Shown one piece after another: positions 8,709-17,517 of a stretch of 64,000 nucleotides of DNA; position 1 is the first letter of the stretch, and every line of letters begins with the position of its first letter. The notes beneath the pieces were generated by a model. It searched no databases. It worked only from the letters and a program-made list of their open reading frames with translations, and was not told the DNA's origin. The translations under genes were made by a program, and so were the position numbers. The DNA comes from an uncultured Burkholderiales bacterium (GTDB lineage: Bacteria; Pseudomonadota; Gammaproteobacteria; Burkholderiales; JAEUOS01): contig CAYUEG010000001.1 of the NCBI GenBank assembly GCA_964443245.1, positions 34,526-98,525 of the forward strand. The letters run 5' to 3'.

Positions 8709-9788
8709 TCATTGCGAAGGACCCCGTGAAGCCCAAAGTCCTCCCTCCAGAAGCGCTACCTTGAATCCACGATGCGCCAGCAAAAACGCTGCGGCCGCGC
8801 TTCGACGGCCGCTCTGGCAATACACCACATACTCCTTGCTCTTGTCCAGAACCGGAAACGCGTTGCGAATCTCTGCCAGCGGTACGTTGATTGCGGCCGA
8901 CAGGTGATCGTACTGGTATTCGGAAGGATAGCGGACGTCCAGCCACTGCGCACCCGCCGCCACTTTCTCTTTCCCCGCCTCCATGTGGACCCTGTTCAGC
9001 AATGGCTCCTTGAGCAGTGCAATGAAATCCTGTTTGGCGAGACGGAGCAGCACACCATCCAGCTTCATCGTCACCGTGGCATTGCGCTTCGCTTCGGACA
9101 CCAGTGCTTCCTCGCCAAACGCATCACCGCTCTTCAAATCCGCAAGGACTACCACGACACCGCCAACCAGACGCGTTACCTGCGCACGACCCGACTCGAT
9201 GACGTAATAATAGTCGCCTTCATCTCCCTCACGAATCACAACGTCGCCGGATTTGACCTCCACCCGAAAAAAACGATTCAGCAATTCGCCAATATGGGCC
9301 GATGGCAGGTTTCCGAACGCACCCGTCCTCAGGTTATTGACACTAAAGACCCCCGACATGACGTTCCAGGAGCTTGGCACCGGAGGTTCCGCAGCCGCGA
9401 GTGTCTTGAAACGGCCGGTTCGGGTAGCGTCAAACTTTGCCAGCTGATCCCAGGTCATCATGATGTCCAGCATGTCACTATCGATCCGGATCAATTCGAT
9501 CGCACTCAAAGCGCGGCCGCGCAAAATCGGTGTACTGCGGAACAAAGGATCACGCGCTGCCACGGAGCCCGCTTCAACAATCTCCTCTGATCCGTCTTCA
9601 AACACCAAAGCCACTTTGCCCGACAGGAGGTAGGAGACCTGATCCGCAGCAGATTTCATTCTGAAGGGATCTTGCCCTTCCGCCATGTTCTCGGTGTAAC
9701 ACAAGTCGGAGAATTCCTGAAGGCGAGCCTCCGACAACGCCGACAAGGGCTCAAATTGGCGGAGCAGCGCAGAAGAAATCGAGCTCAT
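8709..9788 (-). CDS. Cyclic nucleotide-binding domain protein with C-terminal rhodanese domain
   Basis: Canonical CNB segment GDYYYVIESG...GDAFGEEALVSEAKRNATV, preceded by a degenerate CNB-like N-terminus. The rhodanese domain has an intact active-site loop CQSGRRS (Cys codon 8817-8819). Confidence 0.8.
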   Translation of the reverse strand: MSSISSALLRQFEPLSALSEARLQEFSDLCYTENMAEGQDPFRMKSAADQVSYLLSGKVALVFEDGSEEIVEAGSVAARDPLFRSTPILRGRALSAIELIRIDSDMLDIMMTWDQLAKFDATRTGRFKTLAAAEPPVPSSWNVMSGVFSVNNLRTGAFGNLPSAHIGELLNRFFRVEVKSGDVVIREGDEGDYYYVIESGRAQVTRLVGGVVVVLADLKSGDAFGEEALVSEAKRNATVTMKLDGVLLRLAKQDFIALLKEPLLNRVHMEAGKEKVAAGAQWLDVRYPSEYQYDHLSAAINVPLAEIRNAFPVLDKSKEYVVYCQSGRRSAAAAFLLAHRGFKVALLEGGLWASRGPSQ

Positions 9789-9793
9789 GGCCG

Positions 9794-10561
9794 CTAGAAC
9801 TCGAAAATCTGGCCGTTTTGGAGCATGCGCGGTTTGTAGTCACCGGCAAACTCCTCGATCTCCTGCATCGTCAGTTCGATTTCACCCGGCTTCAAGTGGG
9901 TAATGAAGATTTCCGCACTGCGCTCCAGCTTTGCCAATTCCTCGGCGAGCAAGCTCGGGCACAGGTGCTTGGATGCAATCGCCAGTTGCTTCTCGCGATT
10001 GCAAAACGCGGTCTCAATGATCAAGTACTTCAAATTGGGAATCCGGTTGACCACTTTCCAGAGCGGATCGTTGGTAAAGGTATCCCCCGAAAACACCAGG
10101 CTATGCTTGCCGCTATTGATCTGGTAACCCACCGCGGGCACTGTGTGGTTCGCAGGAAGCACCGTCAGTTTGCGCCCATCAATGGCAAGGCTCTGGCCTT
10201 CCTTGATGGTCTGATAGCGCATGAACGGCTTTTCCGCTGTCGGAATGGCAGTGAAATCCGGCCAGACGTTCCAGTTGAAGATATGTTTCTTGAGCGTATC
10301 GAGCGTCTCCTCGATCGCATAGATCGTAAGAGGCTTGTCACGCATCGCGCCCACGGTATCGACAATAAACGGGATGGTCGCAATATGGTCCAGGTGCGAG
10401 TGCGTCAGAAAAATGTGGTCAATCATCGACATCTCCGTCAGGGAGAGGTCGGTAACACCGGTGCCTGCATCAATCAGGATGTCGTTGTCGATGCGCAATG
10501 AGGTCGTGCGGAGATGTTTGCCCCCGATCCCTCCGCTGCATCCAAGCACTTTGACCTTCAT
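9794..10561 (-). CDS. Class II 3',5'-cyclic-nucleotide phosphodiesterase (metallo-beta-lactamase fold)
   Basis: 255 aa. MKVKVLGCSGGIGG N-terminus and an HSHLDH (HxHxDH) metal motif, typical of the CpdP/PDE1-like class II cAMP phosphodiesterases. Confidence 0.75.
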   Translation of the reverse strand: MKVKVLGCSGGIGGKHLRTTSLRIDNDILIDAGTGVTDLSLTEMSMIDHIFLTHSHLDHIATIPFIVDTVGAMRDKPLTIYAIEETLDTLKKHIFNWNVWPDFTAIPTAEKPFMRYQTIKEGQSLAIDGRKLTVLPANHTVPAVGYQINSGKHSLVFSGDTFTNDPLWKVVNRIPNLKYLIIETAFCNREKQLAIASKHLCPSLLAEELAKLERSAEIFITHLKPGEIELTMQEIEEFAGDYKPRMLQNGQIFEF

Positions 10562-10583
10562 GTGCGAATCATCCCAGATTTCA

Positions 10584-12836
10584 TCACTTCTCGTCGAATG
10601 TGGTCACGCCGTCCCAATTCGCACCTGGCGGGTTCTTGCGGAACTGGGCCACGCGATCTGCATATTTCTGATACAGGTACGAATCCGGATTCATGCGCTG
10701 AAGGTTGAGCAGGTGCATGTCAAACTGATCCCAGGACTGGGCGCGGTAGGCCTTGAGGGCTTCACGCCAGATCTTGATCTCGTCCTTCAGTTCCTTGCTG
10801 GCTTCGGCCTCCAGGCAAAGGGGCTCGAAAATGGCCACAGGTTCGTTCTTCCCCTTCACCCGGATTCGATCCAGCTCACGATACAGCACATCGCGCACCA
10901 GCCTCTCGGTGTTCTCCCCCACCATGACGCCGACGCCGTACTCCTTGGTACGCCCCTCCAGTCGAGAAGCCAGATTAACGGCATCGCCCATTGCGGTGTA
11001 GGCCTTGCGTACTTTCGATCCCATGTCGCCGACGCGCACGACACCGGAGTTGAGGCCGATCCCGATCTTCAAATCCGGCCAACCCTTGGCGATGAACTTG
11101 GCACGCAGGTCCTCGCACGCCTTCTGCATTTCGAGCGCGCTCACAATGCCCTGCCGGGCATGCTCCGGGTCCGGAACCGGCGCACCCCAGAAAGCCATGA
11201 TGCAATCGCCTATGTACTTGTCCAGCGTGCCACGATGGCTCGAAATGATTGCCGACATGGTCGTCAGAAAATCATTGATGTAGAGCGCCAAGTCCGCCGC
11301 CGAAAGACTTTCGGAAATGGTCGTGAAGCCGCGTACATCCGAAAACAGGATCGTCAACTCGGCTTCTGCCGGCTGCATGCTGTACTTTTCGGGATCCTTG
11401 GCCATCTCGTCAACCAGTTCTGGAGGCACGTATTGGCCAAACAGCTCGGTAAACTGCCTCTTGCTGCGACTCTCCACGAAGTAGCCATAAGCCATATTCA
11501 ATGTGAATAACCCGGCAGTCATCAATAACGAGGCTGCAAGCGGAATCACAGTGTCTGCCTGGGTATAGATCACATAGTTGAGTGCAATGATCAACAGCAT
11601 AGCCACCACTGCCACCAGGGTTGCACGCAACGGGGACAGAAATGGCATGAGCATTGCCAGGGTAATGCCACCAATCAGGAGCAGTACCACCTCTGCTCCA
11701 ACGGTAAAGGCAGGCCGTTGTTTGAAGTTTTGGGACAACATGCCGGAGAGGAGGTTGGCGTGGATCTCTACCCCAGGATAGGCTTCACCCACAGGCGTGG
11801 AGCGCAAATCCAGCAGGCCTGGTGCGGTAGTGCCCCAAATGGCGATCTTCCCTCTCAGATCTTCCTTACGCGCCTTGCCTTCCCAAATGTCTCCCAATGA
11901 CACATAACGAAAGCTGTTGGCTGTGGGCCCACCGCGCCCCCGATAGGGCACCAGGGCACTCACGGTCTTGTCGACCGGTATCGTGAATGTCCGATTGGCA
12001 GCATTCAATTCCAGCCATTCCATCCCGCTGTAATTCTTGGATAGAAAGCGTTCCGGTGGATAACCCGGCTGCACCTTGGGCGATCCCAAGAGCGTGCGGA
12101 ACATGGCAAGGGAAAGGGACTCGTAGTACTCGCCGCGATACTCGGAGAGCATGGGAACCCTGCGCACCACGCCATCATGATCGACAATCGGGTTGAACAG
12201 GCCTGCAGAGTAAGCCGCCTTTTGCAGCGCCGGCAGGTTGCCGCCGTGCCCATTCCACTGGAACCAGTCAATGTTGCGTCCCTTGAAGGAACCGGCCGGC
12301 ATCACAGGGGCCGGGAGCGCGCCACTCTTTTCTGCATCCGCTTCACTCGACAAGTAATAGCCCAGCACCACAGGCTTGCCGGCAATCGATTTCGCAAACT
12401 GATCATCGAAATCCAGGCTGGGACGCAATTGCTGCAACTTGGCCTGGAACTCGGGCACACCTTGCAATTCGGTCTTTGCGAGCGCCTCGAGTGTTGCGAT
12501 GCCAGAACTGGTATCAGGTTCGGCAAATACGACGTCGAAGCCCACCATCGCAACGCCGTAATCGTCCTTGCCGTCACCCATGATCTTGTTCATGAGTTTG
12601 GCCATTTTGTCGCGATTCCACGGCCAACGGCCCAACTTACCCAAACTCTTCTCGTCAATATCAAGAATGACGATTCTGTCATCAAGCTTGGACGGCATCG
12701 TCAACTTCATGCGCGCATCGTAGATGATGGCGTCGAGCTGACTGATGAAGCGGATATTGAAAATCTCGGCTGCATGGGCGAGAAACACCAGCAGCACTGC
12801 AATCCCTAAGCTGATTCGGACGATGTGCTGCTTCAA
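10584..12836 (-). CDS. CHASE2 sensor-containing class III adenylate/guanylate cyclase (predicted adenylate cyclase)
   Basis: N-terminal TM helix, a CHASE2-like periplasmic region, then a TM bundle. Cyclase core FSDVRGFT...LDKYIGDCIMAFWG...YTAMGDAVNLASRLE. TTG start at 12836 preceded by GGGAGG 5 nt upstream. Confidence 0.85.
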   Translation of the reverse strand: MKQHIVRISLGIAVLLVFLAHAAEIFNIRFISQLDAIIYDARMKLTMPSKLDDRIVILDIDEKSLGKLGRWPWNRDKMAKLMNKIMGDGKDDYGVAMVGFDVVFAEPDTSSGIATLEALAKTELQGVPEFQAKLQQLRPSLDFDDQFAKSIAGKPVVLGYYLSSEADAEKSGALPAPVMPAGSFKGRNIDWFQWNGHGGNLPALQKAAYSAGLFNPIVDHDGVVRRVPMLSEYRGEYYESLSLAMFRTLLGSPKVQPGYPPERFLSKNYSGMEWLELNAANRTFTIPVDKTVSALVPYRGRGGPTANSFRYVSLGDIWEGKARKEDLRGKIAIWGTTAPGLLDLRSTPVGEAYPGVEIHANLLSGMLSQNFKQRPAFTVGAEVVLLLIGGITLAMLMPFLSPLRATLVAVVAMLLIIALNYVIYTQADTVIPLAASLLMTAGLFTLNMAYGYFVESRSKRQFTELFGQYVPPELVDEMAKDPEKYSMQPAEAELTILFSDVRGFTTISESLSAADLALYINDFLTTMSAIISSHRGTLDKYIGDCIMAFWGAPVPDPEHARQGIVSALEMQKACEDLRAKFIAKGWPDLKIGIGLNSGVVRVGDMGSKVRKAYTAMGDAVNLASRLEGRTKEYGVGVMVGENTERLVRDVLYRELDRIRVKGKNEPVAIFEPLCLEAEASKELKDEIKIWREALKAYRAQSWDQFDMHLLNLQRMNPDSYLYQKYADRVAQFRKNPPGANWDGVTTFDEK

Positions 12837-12894
12837 GCCTGCCTCCCGTCAAGGTCTCCCACGCTGCCCCTCCCGAGGCTCTGCGGACGGGAGT

Positions 12895-13635
12895 CTACTT
12901 GTAGAAAAACTCCATCTTGGTGCCCGCGATCTCGATCACGTCGTGGTCGTTCAGTGGATGCGCCTGGGCGTCAAGCGCCTTGCCATTGACGACCGGGAAG
13001 GTCGCACCTTCCACGTGGGTGATGAAAAAGCCCTGCGGGCGGCGAGTGATGACGGCCACTTGCACACCCGGTTTGCCCAAGGTTGTCAGTGCCTTGGTGA
13101 GCACAAGTTCCTTGCCCACATTTGCACCCGACAACAGCTGGATTGCCCCCTGTTTCGCGGGCGCAGCGGCCGGGGCCGGGGCAGCAGCTGCCGCCGGGGC
13201 AGCCGCTGCGGCAGCCGGGCCTTTGACCGTACGGTCGTCATCGGCCTTGGCAGCCACCGGCGCGGCAGCAGCTGGGGCCGGCTTCGGCATCGAACCAGGA
13301 CGCAACACCATCGTCTTTTCGAAATCGGCAGCAGCAGCAGCCTTTGGCGCCTCATTGATGTATTTGAGCTTGTATTTGCCCAACTCAATGACGTCATTGG
13401 GTTGCAGGAAATGCTTCTTGATCGGCTGGCCGTTAACCAATGTTCCATTGGTCGACCCCAAGTCCTCCAGGAATGAGTCGTTGAGGATCGTCACGATGAC
13501 CGCATGCTCGCCAGAGACAGCCAGATTGTCGATCTGGATGTCATTGTGCGGCTTGCGGCCGATCGTGGTGCGCTCCTTGCTCAGGGTAATTTCCTTGAGC
13601 ACCAAGCCATCCATGCTGAGAATTAGCTTTGCCAT
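12895..13635 (-). CDS. FHA domain protein (N-terminal canonical FHA, Ala/Pro-rich linker, C-terminal FHA-like domain)
   Basis: TIGRKPHNDIQIDNLAVSGEHAVI...GSTNGTLVNG is a canonical FHA core. The second beta-rich domain ends ...DHDVIEIAGTKMEFFYK. Confidence 0.8.
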   Translation of the reverse strand: MAKLILSMDGLVLKEITLSKERTTIGRKPHNDIQIDNLAVSGEHAVIVTILNDSFLEDLGSTNGTLVNGQPIKKHFLQPNDVIELGKYKLKYINEAPKAAAAADFEKTMVLRPGSMPKPAPAAAAPVAAKADDDRTVKGPAAAAAAPAAAAAPAPAAAPAKQGAIQLLSGANVGKELVLTKALTTLGKPGVQVAVITRRPQGFFITHVEGATFPVVNGKALDAQAHPLNDHDVIEIAGTKMEFFYK

Positions 13636-13685
13636 AGCCCGATCCTTTTCTCTTTCACTTGTTATTGCATTTTGTTACAGCCAGT

Positions 13686-14516
13686 TTACTTGAACCATCC
13701 CAAGAACTTGCCAAACATCCCTTTTGCAGCCGGGTATTCCTTCAAAATCTTGACGAGTAGCACGGATACGTTATCACGCCCGCCATTGTCGTTAGCCATC
13801 TGTACAAGCTGCTGCGCGGCCAGATTCAGATTTCCACCGAGCGACTCCAATGCCAGGCCGATTTCAGGGTCTTCCACCATGTCGGACAAGCCGTCCGAGC
13901 AGAGCAGATAGATATCCCCGGGTTGGGTGTCGTAGTCGTGAATTTCAGGTTCTACCGTCGGGTCAATGCCGAGGGCGCGCGTGACCAGATTCTTGTTCTG
14001 GGAATGCTTCGCCTCTTCTTCCGTGATCATGCCGCTGTCAATCTGCTCCTGCAGCAATGAATGGTCCCGTGTAACCTGCGAGAGGACACCATCACGCATT
14101 CGGTAAAGACGTGAATCGCCGATATGTGCAACCGTCATCCGGTTATCGTAAAAGACAGCCATCACCAGCGTGGTGCCCATCCCTGAGTATTGCGGTTGCG
14201 ACTGGGACGCTGAATAAATTGACGTATTCGCCTTGGTGATCTGCTCGCGCAACATCCGCGCCGCCATGGTTCCCGCCTCCGCCCCCTGAGGGTCGGGTTC
14301 AAAGGGTGCATGCTGCGCCATGGCGGCCTGCAGTTCCGTCATCAGCACTGTTGTTGCCATACCGCTGGCGACTTCACCAGCGTTGTAACCGCCCATGCCA
14401 TCGGCCAGAATCGCCAACCCGTGGCGTACATCGTTCGCTATCGAGTCCTCGTTATGAGACCGCACCATACCCGGATCGGTATGGCCGACGATCTCGATCG
14501 CGTCAGAAAGGCTCAT
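13686..14516 (-). CDS. PP2C-family Ser/Thr protein phosphatase (Stp1-like)
   Basis: Motifs RSHNEDS, ADGMGG, SDGLSD and GGRDNVSVLLV. Confidence 0.9.
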   Translation of the reverse strand: MSLSDAIEIVGHTDPGMVRSHNEDSIANDVRHGLAILADGMGGYNAGEVASGMATTVLMTELQAAMAQHAPFEPDPQGAEAGTMAARMLREQITKANTSIYSASQSQPQYSGMGTTLVMAVFYDNRMTVAHIGDSRLYRMRDGVLSQVTRDHSLLQEQIDSGMITEEEAKHSQNKNLVTRALGIDPTVEPEIHDYDTQPGDIYLLCSDGLSDMVEDPEIGLALESLGGNLNLAAQQLVQMANDNGGRDNVSVLLVKILKEYPAAKGMFGKFLGWFK

Positions 14517-14524
14517 GCTCGATC

Positions 14525-17341
14525 CTATAGGGAGATGTCTACGTCGTCATCCTTGCCAGCAGGTTTGGCACCTGCGGGTTTGGCGGCAGCACCACCCGCG
14601 GGAAGGATGACCGTCTTGTCGGCGTCTGACGTCGCGGCAGGCGCTGCCTGCATCTGCACGGTCCCGCCGGCGTGCGGATTCGGCGCAACCGGAGCCGCAG
14701 GAGCAGCAGGCTTGGGAGTCACGGGCCGCGCCGCCGGAATGTTCATGCCGGTTGACGATGCAGGATTCTCACCGAAGGGCCGGAGCGCGGCCGCGAACTC
14801 TTCGCCAGTCTGAAAGCGTTCATCGGCGTCCTTTGCCATGGCGCGCTTGAGCACCTCTGCAAGTCCTTCAGGCACGTCCGGATTCAACGTGCGAACGTCT
14901 GCAGGTTCTTCATTCGCAATCTTGAACATCAACTGGGCCATCGAATCGCCAACAAACGGCAACCTGCCGGTCAGCATCTGGTAAATGCTGACGGCAAGGG
15001 AGAACAAATCGGAACGCCCATCGACCTTCTTGCCCGAGAGTTGTTCGGGCGACATGTAAGACGGCGTACCGAGCACCATCCCGGTCTTGGTCTTGGACGA
15101 GTCTGTGACCCGTGCGATACCGAAATCAGCGACCTTCGGGTTATCGCCCTCAAGGTCATACATGATGTTCGCCGGCTTGATGTCGCGGTGCACGACATTC
15201 TGGCGATGTGCGTATCCGAGTGCATCAGCGACTCTCGCAAAGATCGAGACCACGCGCGGAATTGGCAACAGCGATTCCGGCTTGGTGTAGGGCACCAAAT
15301 CCTGCCCTTTGAGCAATTCCATGGCGATGTAGCACAGGTCGTGCTCGTCGCCAGTGTCGTAAATGGTGACAATGTTCTGGTGATTGAGGCGGCCGGCGGT
15401 CTCTGCCTCGCGGAAGAAGCGCTCCTTTGCTTCCGCCAGTTCGTCTGCTTCGAACTCCTGGGAGAGCGCCATCGTCTTGATGGCAACCGAGCGACCGATC
15501 TTCGGATCCTTGCCGAGATAGACCACGCCCATGGCACCCTTGCCGAGTTCCTTCTCGATCTGGTACCTGCCCAGCATGGGCTTCTCGCCCTGACCGGTCG
15601 CATCCAGGATGCTCGCATTGCTGCGACCGCTGGCACCGCCCAGAATCACCGTTTCAGAAAGGTTCTTGGCACGGGCGATCTTCTGCTCCAGATCCTTGTA
15701 CTTCGGATCGTAGCCGTGCATGTGTTCATACACGGCCTGAGCCTTGTTGAATTGCCGCTTCCGCTCGAAATCGAGCGCCAGGTTGTACAGGTTGTCCATC
15801 AAGGCGCCGTCAAATGGCACTTTGCGAAACTTGTCAAACGCAATATCAAGCTGACCCTGCCCCTGAAACGCCAGACCCAGCATGCGGTTTGACTCAGCAG
15901 ACTCAACATCGGACTTCTGCTTGCCGGCCTCCGTCACGATGAAGCGTTTGGTGGTGAGCAAAAGATGACCAACGAGCAACAGCGTGGCCGGCACCATCAG
16001 CTGGATCCACATGCCTGCGGACGTCATCAGCAGAAAATGGACTACGAGCAAACCCGCAAGCAATCCAAGCGTGATCAGTCCGGCAGGCTTGGCTTTCAGT
16101 TTTGGCAGCATCCCGATCAGGTAGGCAGCGATCAGAATGAATATCAGGAGCTCAACCCAGATCGCCCAGGTCGGCGCGACAAAAAAGTGCTCGGAAAGGA
16201 TACTGGACACGGAGTGTGCCATTTTCTCCACCGGGGTCATCGCGGCCGAGATCGGCGTCGGAAAACTGGTACCGACACCCGCCGCCGTGGGGCCGATCAG
16301 CACAATCTTGCCAGCGTAGTTCTCCGCCTTGATCTTCCCTGACAGCACGTCATAGAAGGAATCCAGCTGGAAGGCCTTTTTGCCGTCCCGATCCTTGTAG
16401 TAGTACGTGTACATCTGGTTCAGGGGATCTGTGGTAATGGCAAGCTTGCCGAGCTTGAGCTGCTCGCCCCAATTTACCTTGATGTCGGAAATACCGAGAT
16501 TGAGGCTCTTGGCAGCGATCATCACCGAGTAAGACGGGAAGTACCTGTCAAAGTACTGCACCACCAAGGGTTCGGTGCGTACGCCGCCATCGACGTCAGG
16601 CAAGTCGTTCAGATGTCCAAGACCCGCAGCTGCCGTACCCAATTGCTCAATCGGCAATTGAATGGCCGCAGAGGGAACCGCATTGCCCCCCTTGTCCTCA
16701 AACGAGCTCTTTTCGGTAAATTTCGGCAGGCTCTTGTCCGGCTTGCCGCGCGGGTCGCCCAGTGTAAACACCAGAGGCAACATGACATTGCCAGCCTTCG
16801 TGTAGCTTTCCGCAAGTCTGCGGTCGGTATTGAGCGCGACTTCGGCTTCCTTGAGCAAAGCACCGAATTGAGCCAGTTCCGCCGAACCCTGAACAGGTTG
16901 GGCCGCCGCTTCCACTGCAGGGGCCGACGTCACGGCCACTGCCCCGGGGACAGCGGGGGCCGCTTGGGCACCTGCCGGCTTTCCGCCGTACAGCTCGATC
17001 AACTTGTTGATGTAAACCAGACCGGGATCTTGCTGCGCTTCAAAGAAGAACACGGTGTTGCCGATAACCTTCACCTTTGCTCCGGCGAGCAAGTCGGTCA
17101 TTTTGGCGTGGATGTCACGACTCCAGGGCCAACGGCCAATATTGTTGATGCTCTGGTCGTCAATCGCGATGATCGCGATTTGCTTGTTCGGCTCCTTGGA
17201 AGAAGCCTTGACCCCAAGATCGTAGGCTTTGCGCTCAAGGCTTTGCAGCAGGTCACCACCGCGCAAGAACAAAAAAACGAGCGCGATGACCACCCCCAGA
17301 AACCAATCTGATTTCCAGAAATCCGACTTGATTTTCGCCAT
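14525..17341 (-). CDS. CHASE2 sensor-containing transmembrane Ser/Thr protein kinase
   Basis: N-terminal TM helix, CHASE2-like region, TM bundle and a TPR-like segment. C-terminal Hanks kinase: GKGAMGVVY, VAIK, HRDIKPAN, DFGIA, SPE. Pro/Ala-rich tail. ATG at 17341 preceded by GAGGAGGA; the ORF-track start at 17404 is less likely. Confidence 0.85.
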   Translation of the reverse strand: MAKIKSDFWKSDWFLGVVIALVFLFLRGGDLLQSLERKAYDLGVKASSKEPNKQIAIIAIDDQSINNIGRWPWSRDIHAKMTDLLAGAKVKVIGNTVFFFEAQQDPGLVYINKLIELYGGKPAGAQAAPAVPGAVAVTSAPAVEAAAQPVQGSAELAQFGALLKEAEVALNTDRRLAESYTKAGNVMLPLVFTLGDPRGKPDKSLPKFTEKSSFEDKGGNAVPSAAIQLPIEQLGTAAAGLGHLNDLPDVDGGVRTEPLVVQYFDRYFPSYSVMIAAKSLNLGISDIKVNWGEQLKLGKLAITTDPLNQMYTYYYKDRDGKKAFQLDSFYDVLSGKIKAENYAGKIVLIGPTAAGVGTSFPTPISAAMTPVEKMAHSVSSILSEHFFVAPTWAIWVELLIFILIAAYLIGMLPKLKAKPAGLITLGLLAGLLVVHFLLMTSAGMWIQLMVPATLLLVGHLLLTTKRFIVTEAGKQKSDVESAESNRMLGLAFQGQGQLDIAFDKFRKVPFDGALMDNLYNLALDFERKRQFNKAQAVYEHMHGYDPKYKDLEQKIARAKNLSETVILGGASGRSNASILDATGQGEKPMLGRYQIEKELGKGAMGVVYLGKDPKIGRSVAIKTMALSQEFEADELAEAKERFFREAETAGRLNHQNIVTIYDTGDEHDLCYIAMELLKGQDLVPYTKPESLLPIPRVVSIFARVADALGYAHRQNVVHRDIKPANIMYDLEGDNPKVADFGIARVTDSSKTKTGMVLGTPSYMSPEQLSGKKVDGRSDLFSLAVSIYQMLTGRLPFVGDSMAQLMFKIANEEPADVRTLNPDVPEGLAEVLKRAMAKDADERFQTGEEFAAALRPFGENPASSTGMNIPAARPVTPKPAAPAAPVAPNPHAGGTVQMQAAPAATSDADKTVILPAGGAAAKPAGAKPAGKDDDVDISL

Positions 17342-17517
17342 CGTGTCCTCCTCGCGCTTGTGTTTTTCTCGCGGAACGCGCCACTGCATCACTTCGGACT
17401 GCAACTACCTCGCCACGCCCTGATGAAGCCGCCAAACCGGCAAAGAGCAGGGCGTAACGCTCAAGATTCTACGGCAAAACTGGAAAAAAGAGGGAATTTC
17501 GCAAAATAAACAGCATG

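Noticed and set aside
8709-12836. Possible Pycsar/CBASS-like antiphage module (cyclase plus CNB effector, with an MBL phosphodiesterase reminiscent of anti-Pycsar enzymes)
   Set aside because: The cyclase is a large CHASE2 membrane sensor with adenylate-type specificity residues. The CNB protein carries a rhodanese rather than a TIR, TM or nuclease killing domain. The genes sit in a long operon flanked by core genes with no mobility signatures. A housekeeping signalling role fits better.
13130-13270. GCN-rich near-repetitive DNA (gcagcagctgccgcc...) resembling a simple-sequence repeat
   Set aside because: It is in frame within the FHA gene and encodes the Ala/Pro linker. It is imperfect, and is codon-driven low complexity rather than a VNTR or CRISPR-like array.
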